From the IMG/VR virus record IMGVR_UViG_3300022868_000009, positions 280,635 to 344,634 of that record: a stretch of 64,000 nt of DNA; one strand, 5' to 3'. Positions 41,187 to 51,382 of this stretch are shown here, piece by piece. Numbering within the stretch: the first letter of the stretch is position 1; each line of letters starts with the position of its first letter. The notes below the pieces were generated by a model that was not told the DNA's origin, made no database searches, and saw nothing but the letters and a program-made list of their open reading frames with translations. Made by a program: the position numbers and the translations under genes.

Positions 41187-41513
41187 ATGATTAAACTATT
41201 AGCAATAAAAATATATTCTAAAACAAGATTATTACAAATATTAGATGATCTTAAAAAGAACTATAATATACATAAAACATACAATAATGATTGGGTAGGT
41301 TTTAAAGGTATAAGAGAAGGTGGTATATTTGTATATATCAATATTGAATCAAATATAAAGTTATATGGTTGGGATTATATTTACAAAGATTATGATAAGG
41401 AATATGTACCAAGTACTATCAGCAATGGTTTAAAACACAAAACATTAATAATAATAGATAACGATTTACCAATATCAGCAATAATAGAATCAAATAAATT
41501 TAACTTAATATAA
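41187..41513 (+). CDS. Hypothetical, C-tag variant (ESNKFNLI); paralog of 53504/54920
   Basis: AI.IYS...L...W.GF..I..GG. Confidence 0.8.
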   Translation: MIKLLAIKIYSKTRLLQILDDLKKNYNIHKTYNNDWVGFKGIREGGIFVYINIESNIKLYGWDYIYKDYDKEYVPSTISNGLKHKTLIIIDNDLPISAIIESNKFNLI

Positions 41514-41526
41514 AAAAGGAGACAAA

Positions 41527-41805
41527 ATGATTGAAACTAAAACAAAAGAATTAGTAATAAATAAAACAACTATTAAGAAATCATTAATAATTCATGAATG
41601 TAAAAGATGTGGAAATACACACCTAATACATATTGAATATGAGATTGAAAACATAGATACATCTTGGGAAGAAGAAATGATTGCATTCTCTGATGGTTAT
41701 TGGTGTGAAAAATGTAATCATGTTATAAGTGAAGATGAAAATCATACTTCCACTTATGTTATTACTTCATCTACAAATGATGATTTTGATATAAGAAAAA
41801 TATAA
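41527..41805 (+). CDS. Zn-ribbon hypothetical protein
   Basis: CKRC...CEKC. Confidence 0.7.
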   Translation: MIETKTKELVINKTTIKKSLIIHECKRCGNTHLIHIEYEIENIDTSWEEEMIAFSDGYWCEKCNHVISEDENHTSTYVITSSTNDDFDIRKI

Positions 41806-41806
41806 T

Positions 41807-41890
41807 GCCAAAATGGCGAAATAGGTAGACGCGCCAGGTTTAGAACCTGGTGTCCATTAGGACGTGTGGGTTCGAGTCCCACCTTTGGTA
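41807..41890 (+). tRNA. tRNA-Leu(UAG)
   Basis: ccagg-ttTAGaa-cctgg, long variable arm. Confidence 0.92.
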
Positions 41891-41906
41891 CAAAATAATT
41901 AAAAAT

Positions 41907-42221
41907 ATGAAAAATATAGAAGAATATTATTTTATAACAATTGAAACTAAAAAATGTAACAATGGAAATATTAATGAAATATTAGACTATTGTATAAAAA
42001 TAGGACTTCAACTTCAGTATCCACGGCAAAGCTACGAAACTGATGAATATTTAGTAATGTGTTTCAAAAGTTATCATAAAGCAATTGCTAATTGTGATGC
42101 TGGTATAGTTTACGGAACTAATGATTTATTAGAAGAACTAGATTATATGTTATCACCAGAAGAATTTTTATCTGGTGAATATGACTACTTATTCGATGCA
42201 GGAAAATTAAACTTAATTTAA
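41907..42221 (+). CDS. Hypothetical, C-tag variant (DAGKLNLI), start corrected
   Basis: ATG downstream of tRNA. Confidence 0.75.
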   Translation: MKNIEEYYFITIETKKCNNGNINEILDYCIKIGLQLQYPRQSYETDEYLVMCFKSYHKAIANCDAGIVYGTNDLLEELDYMLSPEEFLSGEYDYLFDAGKLNLI

Positions 42222-42278
42222 AAATATAACATTTAAACTTTTTATTCCAGAATAATCTCCGTATATTTGTACTATAAT

Positions 42279-42332
42279 AAAGGCTGAGAGATTAAACTCC
42301 CCCAGAAGAGTAGACTCCAACTTGCGTTATAT
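42279..42332 (+). ncRNA. Repeated small structured RNA, copy 4
   Basis: aaaggctgagagattaaactcccccagaagagtagactccaacttgcg after promoter. Confidence 0.6.
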
Positions 42333-42642
42333 CCCCGCACACAAGAATAATATATACCAATAAACAGATTCGTGATTCGACTGCTTGCGTCAAAGCCTCG
42401 AATCACGATCATGTTGATATATCTAAGTTACATGTTTAAATTCAATTTTATTACATTTAAGTTTTTTTACCTGAAAAAAATCCGTATATTTGTATAACAA
42501 GATTGGAAATAATCTTACACTTTTCTTGAAAATTTCAAGAAATAAAACTTTAAAAATATTTTTAATGTAAGAAAAATTTCACTATATTTGTATATAACAA
42601 TTAAGAAAAATTATTTATTAACCTTTTAAAACCTTAAAGACT

Positions 42643-42951
42643 ATGGCAAACAGAAAAGACCTTATCAATGGTATCGCATCAGCGACCGGTAAAACAAAAA
42701 AAGATTCTAAAATCGCTTTAGAAGCAATGCTTTCAATTATGAAAAAAGAATTAGGCGATGGCGGAGAAATTAAACTTGTAAATTTTGGTACCTTTAAAAT
42801 CGTAGCAAGAAAAGCTCGAAAAGGAAGAAATCCTAGAACAGGTGAATCAATCAACATTCCTGCAAAGAATGTAGTTAAATTTAAAGCTGGTAAAGGCCTT
42901 AAAGAAGCGGCTGATTACACAGCAGAAGAAAGAGCTGAATTAGGACTATAA
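42643..42951 (+). CDS. hup: HU-family DNA-binding protein, copy 3
   Basis: NFGTFK..ARKARKGRNPRTGESINIPAK. Confidence 0.95.
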   Translation: MANRKDLINGIASATGKTKKDSKIALEAMLSIMKKELGDGGEIKLVNFGTFKIVARKARKGRNPRTGESINIPAKNVVKFKAGKGLKEAADYTAEERAELGL

Positions 42952-42969
42952 ACCTAATAATTCTATAAT

Positions 42970-42998
42970 AAAAAGAGGATTTATTAATCCTCTTTTTT
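42970..42998 (+). terminator. Intrinsic terminator
   Basis: aaaaagaggatt...aatcctcttttt. Confidence 0.85.
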
Positions 42999-43170
42999 AT
43001 TGCGATAAACACTATTTAGATTTAGTCTAAATAAAAATAATAATTCAAATTATTATATTAAGAAGATTATCCCTATATTTAATAAATAAATTAAAAAATT
43101 ATGCAAAAAGTAGAAATAATATTAAGTGTGGTGGATATGGATTGTTTCATTAAAAATAATAATAACAATT

Positions 43171-43803
43171 ATGATTAAAATAGGAGAAAAGAAAATAATA
43201 CATAAAGATTGTATATACTTTGAAAATAGTATATGTTTTGGAGATGGCGATACATATAGTACCGTTAAATATGAAATACCTAACAATGAAGTAGGACACA
43301 ATACAATTTTACTTGCATTATTCTTAGGATATTATGATGAATATTCAGATGGAGGTATAAAAAATCTACCAAATTGGATTCAAGATGAATTAAAAACATT
43401 AGACCTTCTAATTCTAAATAGATGGAATATAAATAAAAAAACAAATGTTAAAGATACAGATGAAAGAGAACTTATGTATATCTTTAATGATTCTGAAGAA
43501 CATTCAGGATATTTTGGTTGGGTTGATGGTACAGATATATATTATTATGATAAAGATGGTGTATCACATGATATTGAAATATTTGGTATATCATTCGATA
43601 AACAAACTAATCATACAGCAATAGATATAATGCTTAATATATATGCATGGTTTCTAAGTAAGTGCAAAGAAATAACAATGGAAAAATTTAAAGACTTAGT
43701 AAGATTTGAATATAGAGTAAAATTCAAGGAAATAATAGAGGACAAACCCGAACTAAAAGACCTTAAAATTAAAATAGAAGCCGCTAACCTTGGCTTATTA
43801 TAA
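43171..43803 (+). CDS. Hypothetical, GDGD...YYYDKDGV family with C-tag (EAANLGLL)
   Basis: Paralog of 22303/26950. Confidence 0.75.
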   Translation: MIKIGEKKIIHKDCIYFENSICFGDGDTYSTVKYEIPNNEVGHNTILLALFLGYYDEYSDGGIKNLPNWIQDELKTLDLLILNRWNINKKTNVKDTDERELMYIFNDSEEHSGYFGWVDGTDIYYYDKDGVSHDIEIFGISFDKQTNHTAIDIMLNIYAWFLSKCKEITMEKFKDLVRFEYRVKFKEIIEDKPELKDLKIKIEAANLGLL

Positions 43804-43854
43804 TATTGGTTTGCCATAACTCCAAGTTATCTGAAAATGTACAATGAGTAGGCA

Positions 43855-43884
43855 CAACCCCACCTTTAAAGGTGGGGTTTTTTT
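43855..43884 (+). terminator. Intrinsic terminator
   Basis: aaccccacctt-ta-aaggtggggtt followed by T-run. Confidence 0.9.
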
Positions 43885-44204
43885 ATTTAGAAGAATTTCC
43901 TTACCTTTATTTAAATTAAAAAGAAAAAATTATGTTAGAATATACAAAAAATGGAGTAATTATAAGTGGTCAATTTCATTCACTTGAGAGCATCATCAGA
44001 AAAGTAAACCAAATGAAGAAATTGATGAACTAACAAAGAAATGGAAAGTATGAAAAAAGAATATGAACATACGAGAAATTAACAAATTTGGACCAACACT
44101 AATTAAATAAAGAAATGTAATTTTTTAATTAAACAAATTTACTATTGTAAAATATAAATCATAATATTTGATATGTTAATCGGTTAAAAAACAAATTAAA
44201 AATT

Positions 44205-44666
44205 ATGATTTTAACAATAATTATTACAACCTTAGCAAGCGTATTATCAACTTTGGTGGTTGGCTATTTTATATGGTCAGGTATTAGGGCACGTAAGTTA
44301 AATCAAAAGGTCAAGGATAATACATTAAGTATTACACAAAATGAAAGATATTGTCAAGATGCAGATGATTCACTTAGTGAATCTATAGATGAAGTGAATA
44401 TTCGTGTTGATAATAATGTAAATGAATTAAGTGAAAGAATTCATTCTATGTATGGTCAGAATTCAGATAATAGAGATGAATTAGATAGAAAAATTCATAA
44501 AGAATTAGATAAAAGATTTGATAAAGTTTGGCAAACAATTCAAAATAATTCTTTATTCCAAAAGTATAATATTATAACTGCGTCGGGAAATATTGATTCA
44601 GATAAAGTTACAAAACTTGCTATTGAGAATGATGGTGAAGCCGTGAAAGATGAAGAAATAAAATAA
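44205..44666 (+). CDS. Membrane-anchored coiled-coil protein
   Basis: N-terminal TM. Confidence 0.75.
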   Translation: MILTIIITTLASVLSTLVVGYFIWSGIRARKLNQKVKDNTLSITQNERYCQDADDSLSESIDEVNIRVDNNVNELSERIHSMYGQNSDNRDELDRKIHKELDKRFDKVWQTIQNNSLFQKYNIITASGNIDSDKVTKLAIENDGEAVKDEEIK

Positions 44667-44735
44667 GAAATATAACTGATTAACAATCAAATATTTTTTA
44701 TATTAGAAGAAAATCCGTATCTTTATACTATTAAA

Positions 44736-44783
44736 AAAGGCTGAGGATTTAAACTTCCCTAGAAGAGTAGACTTCAACATGCA
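44736..44783 (+). ncRNA. Repeated small structured RNA, copy 5
   Basis: aaaggctgaggatttaaacttccctagaagagtagacttcaacatgc after promoter. Confidence 0.55.
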
Positions 44784-45707
44784 AAAAATTCTTATTTAGA
44801 ACCATTTTAAATAAGATCAGAATATTAAGAATTTTATTCTTATTTACACACCCCTTCTTCGATAAACACTAACCAAAATAATTGCTATACAATTTTTATT
44901 TCTTGAAAATTTTCCGTATCCTATTACTATATCAGAATAAAAAATTCTAAGATTGAAATATATCAGAAATTTTCCTATAAGTGAATAACATAAACAGACA
45001 ATTTCAGAATTACAAAAAACCTAGATATAAGACCAAAATTTTCGAATGAGAATTTAATTGAATAATTTTAAAGCCTTGAACGTGAATAACACATATTCAT
45101 TATATGTAAATACGTAAAGATATAAATGCGCTTATTCTTATTTAGACTAAATAAGAATTATAATAATAATTTTTATTATTAATAATAATTACTATTATAA
45201 TGATATATGAGTCTTAATAGTAAATATCCTGAACAATTTCAAGTGCAAATATTTGAATCAAGAGAAGGAGATATAATAACCAACAAAATTAATAATTGGT
45301 TAGATGATAATAAAAGTAAACAAATACACGATATTAAGTACATTGTCGATGGTAATGGTTATATATGGTGCGTAATTGAATTTTATAATGAATAATATAA
45401 ATAAAAATACAACATTTATTAGAAAATCAGGGCTTAGTATCAAGGTTGATGAAGTAGAAGGTGTTAAATGTGTGAAAGATAATCTTGATAAAGGTAATGT
45501 AATATGGTTTCATATGAAAAGTGGAAAAACTTTATGTATTCCACAATTAGAACTAGATATTTTTAAGAAATTAGAAGAATATTTATTAAAATATTTTAAT
45601 GTAACACAAATAAATGATCTATTAGATGAATCTGAATAATAACATACCGAATATTTCGGAATTATGAAAATGTATCAATTAAAACAAGTAAAAGAAAAAT
45701 TAAAATT

Positions 45708-45929
45708 ATGAAATATCTTGATTACAAAGGTTACACAGGTAGTATAGAGTATAGTGAAGAAGATAACTTGCTTTATGGAAAAGTATTAGGAATACAAGGA
45801 CTTATCTCTTATGAAGGACTTACGGGAAAGGATTTAGAAGCAGATTTTAAAGAATCTATTAATGTTTATTTCGCTGATTGTAAAGCAAACAATACAAGCC
45901 CTGAAAAACCATTTAAAGGACGAATATAA
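45708..45929 (+). CDS. hicB: Solo, C-terminally truncated HicB-like antitoxin
   Basis: YKGYTGSIEYSEEDNLLYGKVLGI...ISYEG....L...F..SI..Y...C......PEKPFKG. Confidence 0.8.
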   Translation: MKYLDYKGYTGSIEYSEEDNLLYGKVLGIQGLISYEGLTGKDLEADFKESINVYFADCKANNTSPEKPFKGRI

Positions 45930-46637
45930 AGGACATTTATTTAAAATTTCTGATATTGTATTGATAAAATATACTAATCAGTATGGAACAGTAATCGTAT
46001 TTAAAAATAAATCAACAATAAATACATCTGATGAACGATTATATCAGTATTTTAAAAAAATGTTAAACCCAACAAATATAGAAAATGAACTTAAATAACA
46101 ATGAAGATTTTATCTTATTATGGCATGATAATGGATATACAACAGTTAAAATTGATCAAATATCTTATATGGTTTGGTATTATTATACTACAAGTACAAG
46201 TTATTTAAAGCTTTTTATATATTATATAAATGGAAAATATTCTGAGGTTATAATTTTTAAAAGACATTATGATGTAAATAAACCAAAATTCGAATTAGCT
46301 GGATTAGAAATACCAAGTTATGAAAAAACATCTTAAATATAAGAATAATGTCAATGTAGATGAATTTCAAATTTACCTCCGACCAGGGAGAAAACAAGTT
46401 ATCAGGAAACGGAAACCTTAGATGAATATAGATTAGATAGTAATTTAAAAATTTAAAGATGCAAGAAAAAATTGAAAATAAGACAACTCATAAAGCCATT
46501 GATCTTATTGAACAAGGACATTTACCTATTGATGTTGTTGATACTCTAAAGTTAAAGAAATTATTAGTTATATCTATTGAACTTGAAAGATATAAATGTT
46601 GTCAAATGATAAAAGAAGAACTATTAAATAGAAAAGA

Positions 46638-46967
46638 ATGGGATTAAATTATAAATACCTTAAAGTAAAAGGACAATTAATAATATTAGAAGATATTGTA
46701 AGTGTTACTAAATATATTTGTAATCCTACACTGAAAGCAGCATGGAGTGGATATGTGATGAGAAGATTTAATACTATGGAGGAATTTAAAGAAAGTGATT
46801 ATGCGGATTGTGAAGAAACTGTAATAGGTGTAAAGTATGTTTTATCTGATATTAAGTTAGTTTTTACACTAGAAGAAAAAGAAGATGCAGAGAAATGTTT
46901 TAATTTCTTAAAACAATTAGAAATTACAGATTATATTGAATTAAAAGATATTAAAAATGAGTCTTAA
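46638..46967 (+). CDS. Hypothetical protein
   Basis: One of several coupled small ORFs, 45207-47238. Confidence 0.6.
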   Translation: MGLNYKYLKVKGQLIILEDIVSVTKYICNPTLKAAWSGYVMRRFNTMEEFKESDYADCEETVIGVKYVLSDIKLVFTLEEKEDAEKCFNFLKQLEITDYIELKDIKNES

Positions 46968-48351
46968 CAACAATATTAAATACATAGAAGTTATAACTGG
47001 AACAGAATCTATTTGGATTTGTACTGAAAATATATTACAAGTTAAAAAAGAAACAAAGAACCATTATAATGGACACAATTATGTGAAGTATGCAATATTA
47101 AGAATTGTATATAAAACTAAGAATGTTAAAGTTAAAATCAGAGATATTAATATTTCTAATGAATTAAGAGATAAGTTGTGTATTGTTTTAGAAGAATATG
47201 TACTAAAGAGTGAGTACAAACAAGTAAAATTAAATTAAATGAGCCTGAACAATAATACTAAATGGATATATGCTGATATTTCTGATTATGAAGAGAGAAA
47301 TATATTGAAAATCAACAAAGAAGCGTCTTGTGCTAATAATGGATATAATATATTTTTCAAAATAATATATGTTAAGTAAATACATAACAATTGAGAAAGG
47401 AACAATTAATGAGAGAGAAAAAACGAGAGAAAAATCAACAAAGTCTATCATTTATTGAAAGAATTCGTGATAGAATCCACGGAAATTGACCTCGCAGAAT
47501 GACGCATATCAACGCACATATGTGACAAAAAAGTATTGATTGGGAACCCCTATACACATTTATTCGGATTTTGAACTTTATATGGTTGTTATATTTAGGT
47601 CTTTTGTTTTCTAATTTTACTTACTGTTGATGTGTGATAAAACACATTAAAAGATTAAGAACATTGAATTTTAGATTTGACAATCAAAATTATTATTAAA
47701 TCTCCGAACAACAGAATATGGTAGAGAAAAAATTAAAGGATTTAAAATGAAAAATAATTATATGATTATAGAAACAATATTTGGTGAAATGAAAATTGAA
47801 GAATATAAATATTCTGATTTTGATAAAGAAACTCAGAATTATATTGATAGATTATGGGAAGTTGATATAGATAATTATGATGGTGATGTACTAAAAATTA
47901 TGTCTGATATTGTAATTGTTGCTAAAGATAAATCTGATTATGATCATTATATATTAAATTAAAAATTACCTACAGATGATGAAGAGATTGAATTTTTGAA
48001 AAAATATATTGAAAAAATATATTAATATGAACGAAATAATTGTATTTTTTATCAAACCCATGGTCTTTAACATCGATTGTTTGTATAATCTTGATTGCCA
48101 AATCTAAGATTTAACAATATATTGTTTTCAGTATGTTTAGGAGTACATATTATTAACTGTAAGTATTAATTATAAAGGATTTGAGTATGAAAAAAACAAG
48201 TAAAATGAGGATTGCAATAAAAATAAAATCACCTAAAAAGTTACATGAAGTATGGTCAGAAATGGATGGTAAGATATCCTAATGATAGAGAAACCATTAT
48301 TGTAGATTTGGATAACAATGATTTAGATTCTAATAAATTAGGATTATTATA

Positions 48352-48633
48352 ATGTTGTATTATATAAAAGTAAAGGAAGATATGGATATCAGTCGAATAA
48401 CCGATGTTGTTCCATGGTATAATAATGAGGGTTTAACTTTTGTAAAATTTGTTAATTGTTATTGTATTGGTTTTTATGATTATTATAATTATTTTGATAA
48501 TAATGTATCTAGAAAATTATTTTGGTATTCGTATTTTCATATGAAAAATGTAATAATTGAGAGAAAGAAAAAGTGTAAAGACATTGATGAATTTTTAAGT
48601 TATTACGAAGGATGTAAAATGGGATTGCTGTAA
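48352..48633 (+). CDS. Hypothetical, C-tag (EGCKMGLL)
   Basis: Related to 53201; preceded by orphan tag. Confidence 0.8.
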   Translation: MLYYIKVKEDMDISRITDVVPWYNNEGLTFVKFVNCYCIGFYDYYNYFDNNVSRKLFWYSYFHMKNVIIERKKKCKDIDEFLSYYEGCKMGLL

Positions 48634-48685
48634 ATGGAGGAATTAATTCCACGAACCTATCCAGGAATTAGTTACGTTAGAATTA

Positions 48686-49024
48686 TTGAATATGAAATAT
48701 GCGATAGAAATAAATAATATATCAGAGGGTGCGAAATTATTTGATATTATAGATATAGATTTGGGAAGAATAAAAGGTTTTATAGGTGATAGATATTCTT
48801 CAGATAAGGAGATATGGATAGATTTTTTAAAGTTAAGGATTAATCATTATAATCATTTTAATTCTGTAATAGTTTGTTTTTATGAAGGATTAATTTTTGA
48901 AAAGTATATTTATGGTGGTCATATATTTCACAATGTATTGGGTGATAATTATATAGAATTAAATTGTAATGATATGGATTATATTAAATTATTTTTTGAA
49001 GCTAATAAAATGGGATTGTTATGA
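48686..49024 (+). CDS. Hypothetical, C-tag (EANKMGLL)
   Basis: ORF track. Confidence 0.8.
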   Translation: MNMKYAIEINNISEGAKLFDIIDIDLGRIKGFIGDRYSSDKEIWIDFLKLRINHYNHFNSVIVCFYEGLIFEKYIYGGHIFHNVLGDNYIELNCNDMDYIKLFFEANKMGLL

Positions 49025-49241
49025 TTATGAAAGAAAGTATTGAGTATGATTTTAAATTTGCTATAAAGGTGGATGATAAGTTATTAATTAAATTAGTGGT
49101 AAATCATTTATATATTTTGGGTTATAAGTGGTATGGGGGTGGTGATAGGGATGATATATTAGAGGTATGTATTAAATCTAATTATGATGTCATCCTGAAT
49201 TAATGGAGGATTATGTTAGTATTAAAATGGGATTATTATGA
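49021..49241 (+). pseudogene. Internally deleted C-tag gene
   Basis: 5' part resembles 49238; last ~52 bp identical to 3' end of 49534 gene but out of frame. Confidence 0.75.
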
Positions 49242-49537
49242 AAAAGTTTGAAAACACACAATTTAAATTTGCTATAAAGGTGAGTGGTATAGGATTAACT
49301 GAGTTAGTGGTAAATCATTTATATTCTTTGGGTTATGAGTGGTGTGGTGGTGATAAGTGTGAGGTAATAAATGAATGTGCAAAAAATAATGAACATGGAA
49401 TTGGTGTTGAACATGGTAGGATAAGTTATAATGTTTATGAATGGGATTGTGATAAGTGGTATGATATTGATGAATATGTTGAAAAATATGATGAATTAAT
49501 GGAAGAATATATTAGTATTAAAATGGGATTATTATGA
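49238..49537 (+). CDS. Hypothetical, C-tag (ISIKMGLL)
   Basis: Tandem paralog. Confidence 0.8.
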   Translation: MKKFENTQFKFAIKVSGIGLTELVVNHLYSLGYEWCGGDKCEVINECAKNNEHGIGVEHGRISYNVYEWDCDKWYDIDEYVEKYDELMEEYISIKMGLL

Positions 49538-49833
49538 AAGTTAAAAAGTGTGATTATAAATTTGCTGTAGAGGTAAGTGGTGTATTATTAACTGAGTTAT
49601 TAGTAGAACATTTATATTCTTTGGGTTATGAATGGTTTAGTGGTAAGAAAATGAATATAAATGCTCTATGTGAAAGAACAGAATCAAATAAAATTGGTAT
49701 TGATTATAATGGTAAGATAAGTTATAATGTTCACGAAGAGATATGTGATGAGTGGTATGATATTGATGAATATATTGAATGTCATCCTGAATTAATGGAG
49801 GATTATGTTAGTATTAAAATGGGATTATTATAA
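49534..49833 (+). CDS. Hypothetical, C-tag (VSIKMGLL)
   Basis: Tandem paralog. Confidence 0.8.
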   Translation: MKVKKCDYKFAVEVSGVLLTELLVEHLYSLGYEWFSGKKMNINALCERTESNKIGIDYNGKISYNVHEEICDEWYDIDEYIECHPELMEDYVSIKMGLL

Positions 49834-50357
49834 TGATTATAGATAGTCAGGAAGTATTAAACAGATTTATAAAGTTTTTAGAAGAAGATCATCTTGAAGG
49901 TTATATAAAAATTGTAGAAAAATTGAGAGATAAGTTAATTAGATATTGATTTGTTGATGAAATATTGTAGTGATTCTTATGGTAATAATTTTTCTTATGG
50001 TGATGATTATTTTTTAGGTATAACTGAGGAAGGTGAAGCCTTATTAAAAAAAGATAGTAGAATTCATGATGAGATTTTAGGAATTGTGGAAGAAGATGAA
50101 ATTAAATTGATTTTTGTATATTTTAATAAGGGTTCAATTATAAAATATAGTTATCTTGAAGTTTTTAATTATGGGGAGTATAAGAAGCATTTTTTAAGGA
50201 ATCAGAGAAAGTTAAAGTTAGAGAGGGTTAATGGAAAATAAGTGGAGGAATTCCACGAACCTATCCAGGAATTAATTACGTTAGAATTATTGAAAATTTA
50301 TATAAATGTGATTTAAGTAATATAAAGAAGATATGCATTAAATTAAATGATAGTAAT

Positions 50358-50558
50358 ATGCATGAAGTTATGAATTATTTAGGTTATTCAGCTAACATGT
50401 GTTATTATAATTATGGTTATGTGATATATTATATTGGTTTTGGTGTGTATAGATTTTGTGAAAATAATAGGTTTACTGAATTAATAAATGATTGTGAAGA
50501 ATGTAATTTTGAAGAGTTTAAATTTAGTATAGAGTCAAATAAGATGGGATTGTTATAA
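50358..50558 (+). CDS. Hypothetical (possibly 5'-truncated), C-tag (ESNKMGLL)
   Basis: ORF track. Confidence 0.6.
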   Translation: MHEVMNYLGYSANMCYYNYGYVIYYIGFGVYRFCENNRFTELINDCEECNFEEFKFSIESNKMGLL

Positions 50559-50679
50559 AAAATAAATAATGTTAATAGTAATTTTACATAAAAACGAAGA
50601 GGAAAAGAAATTATAGATTTTTGGAAAGAAAATTTTTATTTTGAAAGTTAATGTAGTGATTATATAAAATAGAGATATT

Positions 50680-50943
50680 ATGAAAAAATATTATATAAAA
50701 TTAGACTATAATAGAGATGAAATTTTTGATTATTGTATGCCTTATTTCAAGGAGGATATTATTAGTGATATTAAGATTAAAAATGATTTATTTGTATATT
50801 TAATATATTATACTCATACTGCGAATTACAATTTTTATACAAGTTTTTCTAATAAATTATTATTAGGAAGGGATTATATAATGTGTGATAATCTTGAAGA
50901 GTTTAAATTTAGTATAGAATCTAGTAGAATGGGATTGATATAG
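50680..50943 (+). CDS. Hypothetical, C-tag (ESSRMGLI)
   Basis: Shares EEFKFSIES with 50358. Confidence 0.75.
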   Translation: MKKYYIKLDYNRDEIFDYCMPYFKEDIISDIKIKNDLFVYLIYYTHTANYNFYTSFSNKLLLGRDYIMCDNLEEFKFSIESSRMGLI

Positions 50944-51001
50944 ACATATTTTTTAAATTAAAAGAAGTTTCGTATATTATGTTAAATTAAAAAAGGAAAA
51001 A

Positions 51002-51382
51002 ATGAAATTACAATGGATAAATATATTTATAAAGTATGATGATTTTACTTGGAAGATTTATGATGAAGTTGAGTTTTATTTTAAATCTAAATATCCTGGT
51101 ATTAAATGTGTAGGTAAAAAAGAATTAAAATATGCATTAAAAGATAGATTAGAAGAAAATCATTATTTTCTAGATATTTTTGCTTTTTGTGTAGAATTTT
51201 ATCCTAAAAGAGATAGATTTACAGTATATACACCAATTGGAAAAAATTTTGCTGATTATGGTTTATGTTATAATAAATATACTGAAAGTGTTACTTATTA
51301 TGAATTAACTGTTGATTATGGTGAAAATTTTAAAGAAGAAATTGAAATGTTATTAACATCAATGAATATGGGGGTTCTTTAA
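51002..51382 (+). CDS. Hypothetical, C-tag (SMNMGVL)
   Basis: ORF track. Confidence 0.8.
   Translation: MKLQWINIFIKYDDFTWKIYDEVEFYFKSKYPGIKCVGKKELKYALKDRLEENHYFLDIFAFCVEFYPKRDRFTVYTPIGKNFADYGLCYNKYTESVTYYELTVDYGENFKEEIEMLLTSMNMGVL

Larger units (their letters stand above)
48635..50294 (+). repeat. About 50-bp intergenic repeat at 48635-48690 and 50243-50294
   Basis: tggagg..aattccacgaacctatccaggaatta.ttacgttagaattattgaa. Confidence 0.9.

Noticed and set aside
28677-42857. Three similar - strand ORFs (28677, 36652, 42618)
   Set aside because: Antisense shadows of the HU genes.
29778-44783. Repeated 55-nt element as a CRISPR array or a TPP/glycine riboswitch
   Set aside because: Copies are kilobases apart with no repeat-spacer periodicity. 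Partial likenesses (GCTGAGA, CCGAAG) lack the rest of those aptamers, and no ORF is controlled.
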